This document shows, piece by piece, positions 47,273-57,428 of a DNA stretch of 64,000 bases. The notes under the pieces are model-generated. The model was not told the origin of the DNA and did not search any database. It saw nothing but the letters and a program-made list of their open reading frames with translations. The position numbers and the translations under genes were made by a program. How positions within the stretch are numbered: the stretch's first letter is position 1; each line of letters opens with the position of its first letter. Source of the stretch: Eledone cirrhosa (lineage: Eukaryota); the NCBI GenBank assembly GCA_964016885.1, contig OZ024764.1, positions 18,290,001 to 18,354,000 of the forward strand, read 5' to 3'.

Positions 47273-47295
47273 TATATATATATATTCTACTTCAG

Positions 47296-47501
47296 GATGA
47301 GTTATGCTGATTTCCTGCATCGATACTCCATAGTAAGGTCAGCCCGGGGTGTAATAAAGACCGACACCCCAGAGAGATCCCCACCCCGTGGGGACAGGGA
47401 CATCGATGACATCCTAAACACCACTGCCAACAAGAGACTTCAGGTGAAAGAACGAGTTAGAAAGACTCAGACCCCTCGTAAAGTAATGCGCAGACGTACA
47501 G
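47296..47501 (+). CDS. MYO19: Myosin XIX-like internal exon A (post-SH1 helix/converter start with basic insert)
   Basis: Acceptor ttctacttcag|G and donor ACAG|gtatgt, phase 2 to phase 1. Encodes (R)MSYADFLHRYSIV..., matching the conserved myosin 'R..Y.dF..RY' motif that follows GFP.R. Confidence 0.85.
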
Positions 47502-47596
47502 GTATGTAAAGATTATATTTATTAATTGCTTAATTAATTAGCTCTTTCTTTATAATTACTAGAGGAGAGTGACAGCGTCTTCTCTCACTTTCTGTC

Positions 47597-47799
47597 ACAC
47601 ACACACACACGTACATGCACATACACACACACACATACATGCACATACACACACACACATACACAAGTACACACACACATACATGCACATACACACACAC
47701 ACATACTCTTTTATTCTTTAAACCAGGCATGGTATAGATGAGGGCGCCGTCATAACTTTCTATCCCTCTTTCTGTCACCTCGAAAACACAGTGTTTCCT

Positions 47800-47840
<41 letters not shown>

Positions 47841-48099
47841 CTTTTGTTTGACTCTCCGCGTCTCTTTATAAAGATAGGGCAAATTACTTCACTCTGTTTT
47901 CAGATATATATGAGATAATTATAAAAAGATTTAGGGTTGTTTATAGGATTTTAATAAAATAATTAGTCTTTCCATTATAAAGGTGATGATGATGATGATA
48001 TATACATACATACACACATATAGACACACACACACATATATATATATATATAGACACAGACACATATATATATATATATAGACACATATATATATAGAG

Positions 48100-48162
<63 letters not shown>

Positions 48163-48266
48163 TACATACACATATATAGATATATATATACACATATATA
48201 CATACACACACATATACATATATCTATATATGTGTGTGTATGTGTCTCTATATATATATGTATGTA

Positions 48267-48298
<32 letters not shown>

Positions 48299-48396
48299 AA
48301 TATATATGTGTGTGTATGTGTCTATATATATATATATGTGTGTATGTGTCTATATATATATATATATGTGTATGTATCTATATATATATGAATGTG

Positions 48397-48433
<37 letters not shown>

Positions 48434-48434
48434 A

Positions 48435-48477
<43 letters not shown>

Positions 48478-48724
48478 ATGTGTCTATGTCTATATATATA
48501 TATATATATATGTGTGTATGTGTCTATGTGTCTCTATATATATATATATGAATGTGTCTATATATATATATATATCTATATATGTGTATGTATGTGTCTA
48601 TATATATATATGTATGTATGTGTCTATATATATATATATATATATGTGTGTGTATGTGTCTATATATATATATATATATGTGTGTGTGTATGTGTCTATA
48701 TATATATATATATATATGTGTGTA

Positions 48725-48769
<45 letters not shown>

Positions 48770-48802
48770 ATGTGTCTATATATATATATATATGTGTGTG
48801 TA

Positions 48803-48861
<59 letters not shown>

Positions 48862-48883
48862 ATGTGTCTATATATATATATAT

Positions 48884-48930
<47 letters not shown>
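47597..48930. repeat. Compound (CA)n/(TA)n/(TG)n microsatellite fields
   Basis: Directly visible dinucleotide runs at 47597-47705, 47800-47840 and 48000-48930. Confidence 0.97.
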
Positions 48931-48962
48931 GTTGTCCTAAAGTGTAGTCACTCTATTTCCAG

Positions 48963-48983
48963 CCGACCCCGAAGATATATCTG
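48963..48983 (+). CDS. Candidate 21-nt frame-preserving micro-exon of the myosin gene (ADPEDIS)
   Basis: ctctatttccag|CCGACCCCGAAGATATATCTG|gtgagta has near-consensus sites. It is phase 1-1 and stop-free in the frame left by exon A. No homology support. Confidence 0.3.
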
Positions 48984-49076
48984 GTGAGTACCTCTCTTAC
49001 TGTGATGGGAGCTTCTCACCCCTAACACCCAGCTTCATCTCTATAACGCTTACCAACATTATAATCATCATCAGCA

Positions 49077-49320
49077 GAATCGGTAGAGCGCCGGACAATA
49101 TGCTTAGCAGCATAGAGTTATGTCCCTTTATGTTTTGAGTTCAAAATCTCGCCGAGGTTAGCTTTGCCTTTCATCCTTAATTATGTGGCGAGATGGGTTG
49201 ATAAAATAAAATACCAGTAATGCACTGGGGTTGATTTAATCGATCCCCCCCCCTTCCAACCCTGCTTCAAATTGCTGGCCTTGTGCCTATAGTAGAAATC
49301 ATTATTATTATTATCATTAT
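49077..49320 (+). mobile_element. tRNA-related SINE, family 2 (degenerate), ending in an (ATT)n tail
   Basis: B-box-like GAGTTCAAAATCTC and GCCTTTCATCCTT...GATAAAATAAAATACCAG block. Related copies lie at 59465-59555 (+) and 63175-63380 (-). Resembles an abundant octopus SINE as recalled. Confidence 0.75.
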
Positions 49321-49344
49321 CATCACTATCATAGTATTCATTAA

Positions 49345-49530
49345 CACCACACCACCACCACCACCTCCACCACACCACCTCACCTCCACCACCACCTCCA
49401 CCACACCACCACCACCACCACCACCACTACACCACCACCACCACACCACCACTACACCACCACCACTACACCACCACTACCACTACCACTGCTCTCATCA
49501 TCATTATATTCCCACCACAACCACCACCAT
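49345..49530. repeat. (CAC)n trinucleotide tract
   Basis: Directly visible. Confidence 0.95.
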
Positions 49531-49573
49531 CATTTATCATCATCCTCTCTAAATATATATATATATATATATA

Positions 49574-49899
49574 GGCACATGGCTTAGTGGTTAGAGCATT
49601 GGGCTTGCAATCGAAAGGTTGTGAGTTCAATTCTCAGACCGGGTGATGTGTTGTTTCCTTGAGCAAGAGACTTTATTTCACATTGCTCCAGTTTACTCAG
49701 CTGTAGAAATGAGATGATAGGGACATCATTCCAGTGCAAAGTGGTCGTGGAGGTGCCACAGCACAAAAAGACCCAGCACTCACTGTAAATGAGGTTGGTG
49801 TTAGGAAGGGCATCCAGCTGTAGAAATCAAGTCAGAATCAGTTCCCGTCCCACCCTTGCAAGCAGGGAACAGCGGACATAAACATGAAATGATGATGAT
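49574..49899 (+). mobile_element. tRNA-derived CORE-type SINE (family 1) with RTE-LINE-derived 3' end and (ATG)n tail
   Basis: A-box TGGCTTAGTGG and B-box GAGTTCAATTC. Central CCTTGAGCAAG..ACTT...CAGTTTACTCAGCTGTAGAAATG resembles the MIR/CORE domain. 49844-49877 is an exact reverse complement of the LINE end at 57204-57237. Confidence 0.88.
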
Positions 49900-50066
49900 A
49901 TACACACAAAATAATGAAGCAGTCAAACAAGTTGATATAAGTGGTGCAGTCAATCATTGAGACGAATTCTAGACATATCACTCATTGTCCAGCCTAATTA
50001 TCTTCCTCGTGGAAGTATTTCTGTATATTTTTACTGGCTTCCTGTTCAGTAAGGAAGTTGTAAAGA

Positions 50067-50095
50067 ATATATATATATATATATGTGTGTGTGTG

Positions 50096-50188
<93 letters not shown>

Positions 50189-50207
50189 CTATATATATAT
50201 ATGTATA

Positions 50208-50259
<52 letters not shown>

Positions 50260-50291
50260 AGTGTCTATAAATATATATGTGTGTGTGTGTG

Positions 50292-50330
<39 letters not shown>
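50067..50330. repeat. (TA)n/(TG)n microsatellite
   Basis: Directly visible. Confidence 0.97.
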
Positions 50331-50336
<6 letters not shown>

Positions 50337-50440
50337 AAGGAATTGTGGTAAGGAACCAAATGGACCATAACACACCAGAGTACTCAATTCTCAATACGAA
50401 ACGGCTTGAGCTCTGCCGTCGGGGTCATACTTTTTCCTAT
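50331..50440. mobile_element. Rearranged fragment of the same element as 57496-57695 (probable Penelope-like pLTR remnant), flanked by TA repeats
   Basis: 50331-50387 matches the reverse complement of ~57640-57695. 50397-50440 is identical to 57573-57616. Confidence 0.65.
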
Positions 50441-50529
50441 ATATATATTATATATATATCACAGCTCTGATACTACAGACATGTGGTTAGAATGTCTCGG
50501 GAAAGAATCTCTGGACAGATGTTATGGGC

Positions 50530-50890
50530 ACATCTAATGAGGTGCTGTGCCGCTGTCCTCACTGTTGCTTGTCAACAGAGGTGCTGCGCCGCTGTCCTCA
50601 CTGTCAGTTTGTTTGTTTCTTGTACTACAGGTCTCTCCAGCTGTGAACATCTAATGAGGTGCTGTGCCGCTGTCCTCACTGTTGCTTGTCAACAGAGGTG
50701 CTGTGCCGCTGTCCTCACTGTTGCTTGTCAACAGAGGTGCTGTGCCGCTGTCCTCACTGTTGCTTGTCAACAGAGGTGCTGTGCCGCTGTCCTCACTGTC
50801 AGTTTGTTTGTTTCTTGTACTACAGGTCTCTCCAGCTGTGAACATCTAATGAGGTGCTGTGCCGCTGTCCTCACTCTTGCTTCTCAACAG
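50530..50890 (+). repeat. 39-bp tandem repeat derived from exon B sequence, including a duplicated intron/exon junction
   Basis: Unit GAGGTGCTGTGCCGCTGTCCTCACTGTTGCTTGTCAACA (RCCAAVLTVACQQ). The acceptor block GTTTGTTTGTTTCTTGTACTACAG|GTCTCTCCAGCTGTGAAC occurs twice, with exon starts at 50631 and 50826. Confidence 0.95.
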
Positions 50891-50959
50891 AATCTGCTGC
50901 AGTCAGATTCCTTTTCTAAGTATTTCGGTAAAAACCGGATCTTTCTGACTCAATCTCAG
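50826..50959 (+). CDS. MYO19: Myosin XIX-like exon B (converter)
   Basis: tttcttgtactacag|GT ... CAG|gtaact, phase 1 to 0. Encodes GLSSCEHLMRCCAAVLTLASQQNLLQSDSFSKYFGKNRIFLTQSQ. FGKNRIFL corresponds to the myosin converter G.TKVF motif. Confidence 0.85.
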
Positions 50960-50982
50960 GTAACTTCTGTCTCTATTTCAGC

Positions 50983-51730
50983 TGTGTATGTGTGTGTGTG
51001 TGTATCTGTCTGTGTGTGTGTGTGTATCAGTGTCTCTATGTGTATCTGTCTGTGTGTGTGTGTGTATCAGTGTCTGTGTGTGTATCAGTGTCTCTGTGTG
51101 TGTATCTGTCTGTGTGTGTGTGTGTGTGTGTATCAGTGTCTCTGTGTGTATCTGTCTGTTTGTGTGTGTTTGTGTATCAGTGTCTCTGTGTGTGTGTATC
51201 TGTCTGTGTGTGTATCAGTGTCTGTGTGTGTGTGTGTATCAGTGTCTCTGTGTGTATCTGTCTGTTTGTGTGTGTTTGTGTATCAGTGTCTCTGTGTGTG
51301 TGTATCTGTGTCTCTGTCTGTATGTGTGTGTGTGTGTGTATGTATGTATCTGTGTGCATGTATCTGTCTGTGTGTGTATGTATCTCTGTTTGTGTGTGTA
51401 TATATATCTGTGTGTGTGTGTGTGCCTACATATCAATCTATATATATATCTGTCTGTATGTCTATCTATCTCTCCGTCTACCCACCCACCTATCTATCTA
51501 TCTGTCTGTCTGTCTGTCTCTATCTATCTCTCCGTCTACCCACCCACCTATCTATCTATCTGTCTGTCTGTCTGTCTCTATCTATCTATCACCCCCCTCT
51601 CTATCTATCACCCCCTCTCTCTCTCTATCTATCTACCCCTCTACCTCTCTCTCTCTATCTATCTATCTATCTATCTACCTCTCTCTCTATCTCTACCTGT
51701 CTGTCTCTATTGCCCCCCCCCTCTCTCTGC
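50983..51730. repeat. Compound (TG)n/TATCAGTGTC minisatellite followed by (CTAT)n/(CT)n tract
   Basis: Directly visible. It fills most of the intron between exons B and C. Confidence 0.95.
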
Positions 51731-51767
51731 CAGACTAATCTATCCACCCTATACCTCCACCCCCCAG

Positions 51768-51900
51768 TTTGATCAATTAGAATCTGCAAGGTCTGTGGCC
51801 CTCAATACCAAAGTCTCCTCAATCCAAAGAACATGGCGCCGTTATCACAAGAGGAAGCTTTTCCAAAGAACTAAGAATGCAGTTTTGACAATTGAGAAAG
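51768..51900 (+). CDS. MYO19: Myosin XIX-like exon C (lever arm, IQ1 and start of IQ2)
   Basis: ccccccag|TTT ... AAAG|gtaagt, phase 0 to 1. Encodes FDQLESARSVALNTKVSSIQRTWRRYHKRKLFQRTKNAVLTIEK, with 'LE..R' and an IQxxWRxxxxRK motif. Confidence 0.9.
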
Positions 51901-51911
51901 GTAAGTTGTGG

Positions 51912-52292
51912 CACTTTAACCCTTTCATTGGTGTTTGGAACATAACTTAACAAAGGTTCTTACATAAACACTTTAACCCTTTCGTTATCATATTTCTAAT
52001 AAAAGACACTGTTGGTGTTTGGAACATAACTTAACCCAGGTTCTTACATAAACACTTTAACCCTTTCGTTACCATATTTCTAATAAAAGACACTGTTGGT
52101 GTTTGGAACATAACTTAACCCAGGTTCTTACATAAACACTTTAACCCTTTCGTTATCATATTTCTAATAAAAGACACTGTTGGTGTTTGGAGCATAACTT
52201 AACCCAGGTTCTTATATAAACACTTTAACCCTTTCGTTACCATATTTCTAATAAAAGACACTGCCTGTGTTTGGAACATAACCTAACAAAGG
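51912..52292. repeat. 84-bp tandem repeat (~4.5 copies) containing a piggyBac-like end TTAACCCTTTCGTTAC
   Basis: CTTTAACCCTTTCG occurs at 51971, 52055, 52139 and 52223 (period 84). TTAA followed by CCC is the established piggyBac target/TIR start; the family assignment is inferred. Confidence 0.9.
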
Positions 52293-52299
52293 TTTTTAG

Positions 52300-53005
52300 A
52301 TAGATATAAAAGCACTTTCCCCTCCTTCTCCTCCACAACTTCACGAACTCCTGGAAAGATTTTCTTGGGATTCTCCGCAGTTCTGTCATCACGGACGTCT
52401 CGATGGCTTCCATGTCCGGAAAACTGGTGATGACTCTCCCCAGTAAGTCTGGTACAGTTCCAAGACCCCTCCCCGAGGATGTCCTGACACACCACACACA
52501 CACACACACACACTACACCACACCATGCATGTGTTGGTCCTTCTGGTTATCATTCAGAAACTTCAGAAACTTCGGCACCATCTTCACACAGGTCTTCCGT
52601 GTGCCCACATCTTCAGTGATAATCTTTCAATTGTAAGTCTAACACCCTTACCACTGGGCCACAACATCACACAACCCAACAATCCAACTACAGTTCTACA
52701 GTTTTCCAAACATTTCACGGTCCATGCTCGGTTCACCTGTGATCAGTCGAGCAGCCAGGTAACAATCCCCAAACACCAACTGTTTCATGCTTTCAACATT
52801 GGCTTCAGTACTGGTTGTTGAACACCTTCCACTCCTGGGGGTTGTTTTTCCACATCTTTGTGTCCCTCTTTGAACCTTTTATCTCACTCGAAAACCCATG
52901 AATGTGGTCATCGTCTCATCTCCATACACTTGCTGCAGTATTCTGAGTTTTCCCCGGCCAGACGAGAAACTTCAGGTTTGTTTGTTGCTCTGTGTCCGTC
53001 ACTCG
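52300..53005 (-). pseudogene. Degenerate mariner/Tc1 transposase remnant, internally deleted
   Basis: Minus-strand peptides TDTEQQTNLKFLV..GKT, PRSGRCSTTSTEANVESMKQLV, IITEDVGTRKTCVKMVPK and EAIETSVMTELRRIP..SFQE...W.RR..KC match mariner N-terminal HTH, W/MVP linker and C-terminal motifs. Frameshifted, with the catalytic region largely missing. Confidence 0.85.
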
Positions 53006-53076
53006 ACAGCGTAAAGTTGAGGAGTTGTTAACAGAAGCACGTAAAAAAAAACATACAGTGGCTGCAGAGAGCTGAG

Positions 53077-53512
53077 GTCCGTCCGTCCGTCCGTCCGTCT
53101 TTAGGGTGCTGTGGTTGTTCTGGACTCCGAGGTAGGCAGCACCAGGCAATGTCTCACAGCCGCTCTCCGTGAATTTCTGTCCATAGTATCGACATCGGCC
53201 AATTTCCATTTATACAAATCACTCTTCACTCTCTCCAACCATGTCTTCCTTGGTCTGCCGCGACCTCTTAGTGCCAGCTCACACCTATGTAGGTTTAGTT
53301 GGCCTCCACCAAGGTATATCTCGTTGGAGGTGTCTGGGGTAATTTAATGATAGGGACCCCAGCCCCTATCATCTCATTTCTACAGCTGAGTAAACTGGAG
53401 CAATGTGAAATAAAGTGTCTTGCTCAAGGAAACAACACATCACCCGGTCCGAGAATTGAACTCACAACCTTTCGATTGCAAACCCAATGCTCTAACCACT
53501 AAGCCATGTGCC
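53077..53512 (-). mobile_element. Family-1 CORE-type SINE with a different RTE-derived tail ending in (GACG)n
   Basis: 53364-53512 is the reverse complement of 49574-49722 with 3 mismatches by eye. The tail encodes RGRGRPRKTWLERVKSDL...DRNS.R.AV (RTE ORF C-terminus). (GTCC)n lies at 53077-53099. Confidence 0.88.
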
Positions 53513-53735
53513 TCCACTCTTCACTCTCTCCGACCACGTCTTCCTTGGTCTGCCATGATCTCTAGTGGCAGGGACTGCCAAGTGAGTGATGGAGTTGATG
53601 TATGATGTGGCTTGCTGTACATGTCCGTACCAACGGAGACATTGTGTGTGAAGGACAGCAGTGATCTCATCTACACCCAGCTTCTGGTGGAGCACGTTCG
53701 AAGGGGTCTCATCTTTCAATTTGGCGCCACAGATC
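53513..53735 (-). mobile_element. RTE-clade LINE fragment (C-terminal ORF region)
   Basis: Encodes ...LGVDEITAVL...LRWYGHV...GRPRKTWSERVKS. LRW.GHV and GRPRKTW are established RTE ORF motifs. Confidence 0.85.
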
Positions 53736-53748
53736 CACCTAATCTTAC

Positions 53749-54030
53749 AATCCTTGCTGTCCCTAGCAAGGCTGTTTTCTACAACGATCCTGTCCCGATG
53801 GTAATTCCAAGCTTCTCAACCCCTTGGGATCAGTCCTCCACCTTCAACTTTCCAACACCCTTATTAGAATCCTTGCTGTCCCTAGCAAGGCTGTTTTCTA
53901 CAACAATCCTGTTCTGATGGTAATTCCAAGCTTCTCAACCCCTTGGGATCAGTCCTCCACCTTCAACTTTCCAACACCCTTATTAGAATCCTTGCCGTCC
54001 CTAGCAAGGCTGTTTTCTACAACAATCCTT
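53749..54030 (-). repeat. 119-bp tandem repeat (~2.4 copies) derived from the 3' end of an R4/Dong-like non-LTR ORF
   Basis: AATCCTTG occurs at 53749, 53868 and 53987. The minus strand reads VEKLGITIRTGLL*KTALLGTARILIRVLES*, like the 'QK..LLGTARILR.VL' C-terminus of REL-endonuclease retroelements. Confidence 0.75.
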
Positions 54031-54352
54031 CCCTGGTATTATATTACATGGTGACACAACCCACAAATCCCGGCCCCTCTCGTAGCTCACACAGCACACT
54101 AAGTCCTGTACACCCAGTTGGAGCAGGTTAGGAAGTTTTTAGTTTCGAATAAATGTAATTTCATTCTACTCCTAGTATCGAGTACTCCCCCCCCCCCCCT
54201 CCCCCCACCACCACCACCATCATCGTCATCACCACCTGTTGTTATTGTTGTTTTTCTTACAAAATATTTTCTCTGCTTTTATAATAAAAACTGCGACTAA
54301 ACATTCATTCTTTTCGCAATAAAACTTTAATTAAAAAAGAAATTGTACATAA

Positions 54353-54383
<31 letters not shown>

Positions 54384-54432
54384 GTGTGTGTGTGTATATA
54401 TATATATATGTGTGTGTGTGTATATATATATA

Positions 54433-54483
<51 letters not shown>

Positions 54484-54514
54484 ATATATATGTGTGTCTG
54501 TGTATATATATATA

Positions 54515-54561
<47 letters not shown>

Positions 54562-54970
54562 ATATATATATATGTGTGTGTGTATGTGTGTGTATATATA
54601 TATATATGTGTGTGTGTGTGTATATATATATATATGTGTGTGTGTGTATATATATATATGTGTGTGTGTATATATATATGTGTGTGTCTGTGTGTATATA
54701 TATATATATGTGTGTGTCTGTGTGTATATATATATATATGTGTGTGTCTGTGTGTATATATATATATATGTGTGTGTCTGTGTATATATATATATATGTG
54801 TGTGTGTGTGTCTGTGTGTATATATATATATATGTGTGTGTGTCTGTGTGTATATATATATATATGTGTGTGTCTGTGTATATATATATATATGTGTGTG
54901 TGTGTGTCTGTGTGTATATATATATATATGTGTGTGTGTCTGTGTGTATATATATATATATGTGTTTGTG
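54353..54970. repeat. Alternating (TG)n/(TA)n compound microsatellite
   Basis: Directly visible. Confidence 0.97.
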
Positions 54971-54974
54971 TATC

Positions 54975-55120
54975 AGAAACCAGCAAAAAATGGCAGTGCC
55001 CCAACTTGGCCACAGTCTGACTGAAACCAGTAAAAGAAAGCAGTGCTCCAGCTTGGCCATAGTCCAAGGAGTGAAACCAGTAAAAAAAAAAAAAGGCAGT
55101 GCTTCAGCATGGCCACAGTG
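54975..55120 (+). repeat. Three degenerate ~50-bp copies of a probable SINE tail
   Basis: GAAACCAG(T/C)AAAA..GCAGTGC.CCA.C.TGGCCA.AGT is repeated three times. Confidence 0.7.
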
Positions 55121-55764
55121 TATCCTCTCTCTCTCTCGTGAGGGCGGGAGTGGGGGAGATATGTGATCTAAAACACTCATAGCTGCTATTTCTAGCAATA
55201 TCTATCTACCACCTAACAAACTCCTTCAACACACAACGTCTCTCTCTCTCTCACTGTCTCCCCCTCTCTCTCTGTCCTTCCCTCCCGCTCCTGACAGACG
55301 TAGCTGTTATTTCTAGCAACTTCAGTCAACCACTTAACAACCTCCCTGTCGTCCCTCTCTCACTCTCTTCTCTTCTCTCTCTCACCCTCCTCTCTCTATG
55401 TCACTATCCTCCGCTCCTCCCTCTCTTTCTCTATATCACTATCCTCCTCTCCTCCCTCTCTCCCTATCTCACTCTTCCACCCTCTCAGTCTGTCACTATC
55501 CTCCTCTCTCTTTGCTCTCTATCTCACTCCCTCCTCTCTCTCTTTACTCTCTACACCCCCCTCTGTCACTATCCTCCTCCCCTCCCTCGTCTCCAATAGA
55601 CTTAAGGAGGTGGTGTATGTATGTTATGTATGATTCACGCTGGCTGCTATGTCTAGCCCCCAGGTCTACCCAGGGTTGTAACACTGTGAATAAGAAGCCA
55701 GCTTTGTCTTAAACTAAAAGGAACAGGTTCGTTATTTCATCTTTAGTTGACGGCTTTTCTTCTC

Positions 55765-56545
55765 CTTATACTGAGTCTCCCTGAGAACTACGTGGAAAAT
55801 ATACAACTACGCACGTGTCGATAGAATGTTCGGACACTTTGGTTTCACTAAACAAGGAGCTGATCCCTTTTTGGGGGGTTCGTTTGTTAGTTTTATTAGG
55901 GATTATTTACATCGACAGGAATAATTTTAAAGGATTCTGTTTATGCTGAATCTCCCTGAGAGTTTCCGTTGGGGATATACAACTACGCACGTGCCTGTGG
56001 AATGCTCAGACACTTTGGTTTCACGAAACAAGGAGCTGATCCCTTTTTTTGTTTGTTTTTTTAGGGGTTATTTAAAACCTCGACAGAAATATGTATTAAT
56101 TATTTAAAAGGATCAATTAGACTACGTCATTCTGTTTATACTGAATCTCCCTGAGTGATTGCGCTGAGGATATACAACTACTACGCATACAAACACATAA
56201 ACGGATCTCTGGAGTGCTCAGGCACTTACACGTTAATTTGGCTAAACAAGGGGTCAGTTTTTACCTTCATTTTTATACATCGTTGGAATTAATTATAATT
56301 TAAAGGGCCAGAATTTGACCCTTGAAAATATTGTGACACTAAGGATACAACTACACAGGTCTGAAGAATGCGCGGACACTTGCAGTGTAATTCGGTCTTA
56401 ACTGTAAGTCTTTATACATCGTTGGTATTATTATAATTTAAAGGGCCAGAAATTGACCCCCGAAAATATTGTTCCATTAACGATACAACTACAAAACTAC
56501 ACACACACACACAGGCCTGAAGAATGCGCGGACACTGGCACGATA
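55765..56545. repeat. Degenerate ~150-190-bp tandem repeat (about 5 partial copies)
   Basis: Recurring motifs CTGA(A/G)TCTCCCTGAG, ATACAACTAC, GAATG..CGGACACTT, AAACAAGGAGCTGATCCC and AATTTAAAGGGCCAGAA.TTGACCC. Confidence 0.7.
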
Positions 56546-56932
56546 ATTTTCACTACCCCCCCCCCCCCCCCCCCCAACAAAATTTAAAAAAGGGCCCCAA
56601 CGACGTGATATTTCTAGGGCTCAATTATCCCTTTCCCCCATATCTGAGTTCAAAACTTATTCGGCTGTAAAACAAAAGCTAGCTCTGCATTAGGGAGCAA
56701 CAAACGACGACCCCCAGATTTTTTAAGGGTATGTTATAGTATGTTTATCTCTGTCTATATGTTATAATTATTGTTTAAGGGTCAGTTGTTGTGAGGATGT
56801 GTGTGAGTGGGGTACTTGACTGTTTGTTTGTTTGGCTAAAGGCGTGTATAGGATGATATTCTGATTACTGATATAAACATACATTGTTGTGTGTATATAT
56901 TAATTAGTCAGCAATCTAGACGTGTGTGGGTG

Positions 56933-56967
<35 letters not shown>

Positions 56968-57189
56968 TTTTGTCTATATTTATGTGTATGTGTACATATA
57001 TGTGGTTGTTTTATATATATATATGTGTGTGTATATATATATATATAAATGTGGGTGGGTGTATATATATATATGTGTATGTCTATATTTATGTGTGTAT
57101 GTATGGTTGTTTATATATATGTGTGTGTGTGTGTGTATATATATAAATGTGGAGCTCAGCCGTTGGGGTCCTGACTCTTCCTATATATA

Positions 57190-57428
57190 TATCATCATTC
57201 TACGTCCGCTGTTCCCTGCTTGCAAGGGTGGGACGGGTCCTATTCAGCACAGCATCTCTCCACTTGTCACAGTCCTTCGTCATCTCCTCTGTGAGTTTCA
57301 GGGAACTGAGGTCAGCTCTTACCACCTCCGCCCATGTTTTTCGTGGTCTTCCTTCTACTCTGTCTTCCTTCCACTGGGATTTCCTGGCACTTCGTCACCC
57401 AGCGGTCACCCTCCATGCGCATCACATG
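57190..57428 (-). mobile_element. 3' end of a second RTE-clade LINE with (ATG)n tail
   Basis: The minus strand encodes HVMRMEGDRWVTKCQEIPVEG / GRPRKTWAEVVRADL..LKLTEEMTKDCDKWRDAV, followed by a short 3' end and GATGAT tail. Confidence 0.85.

Noticed and set aside
47931-48987. Y/I/C/V-rich ORFs (also 49978-50394, 50988-51738, 54305-55198, 56891-57499, 58753-59481, 62795-63658)
   Set aside because: These are translations of (TA)n/(TG)n/(CA)n microsatellites and are open in several frames on both strands.
49574-49650. tRNA gene
   Set aside because: A and B boxes are present, but the sequence continues into a CORE-like domain and LINE tail and has a dispersed near-identical copy. It is a SINE head.
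50483-51772. 429-aa standalone Cys-rich protein
   Set aside because: It is exon B plus the 39-bp repeat and intronic microsatellite read-through. A good donor at 50960 ends the coding part.
52300-53005. Active or domesticated transposase
   Set aside because: It has multiple frameshifts, an internal deletion of the catalytic region and a microsatellite insertion, and no intact TIR pair was recognised.
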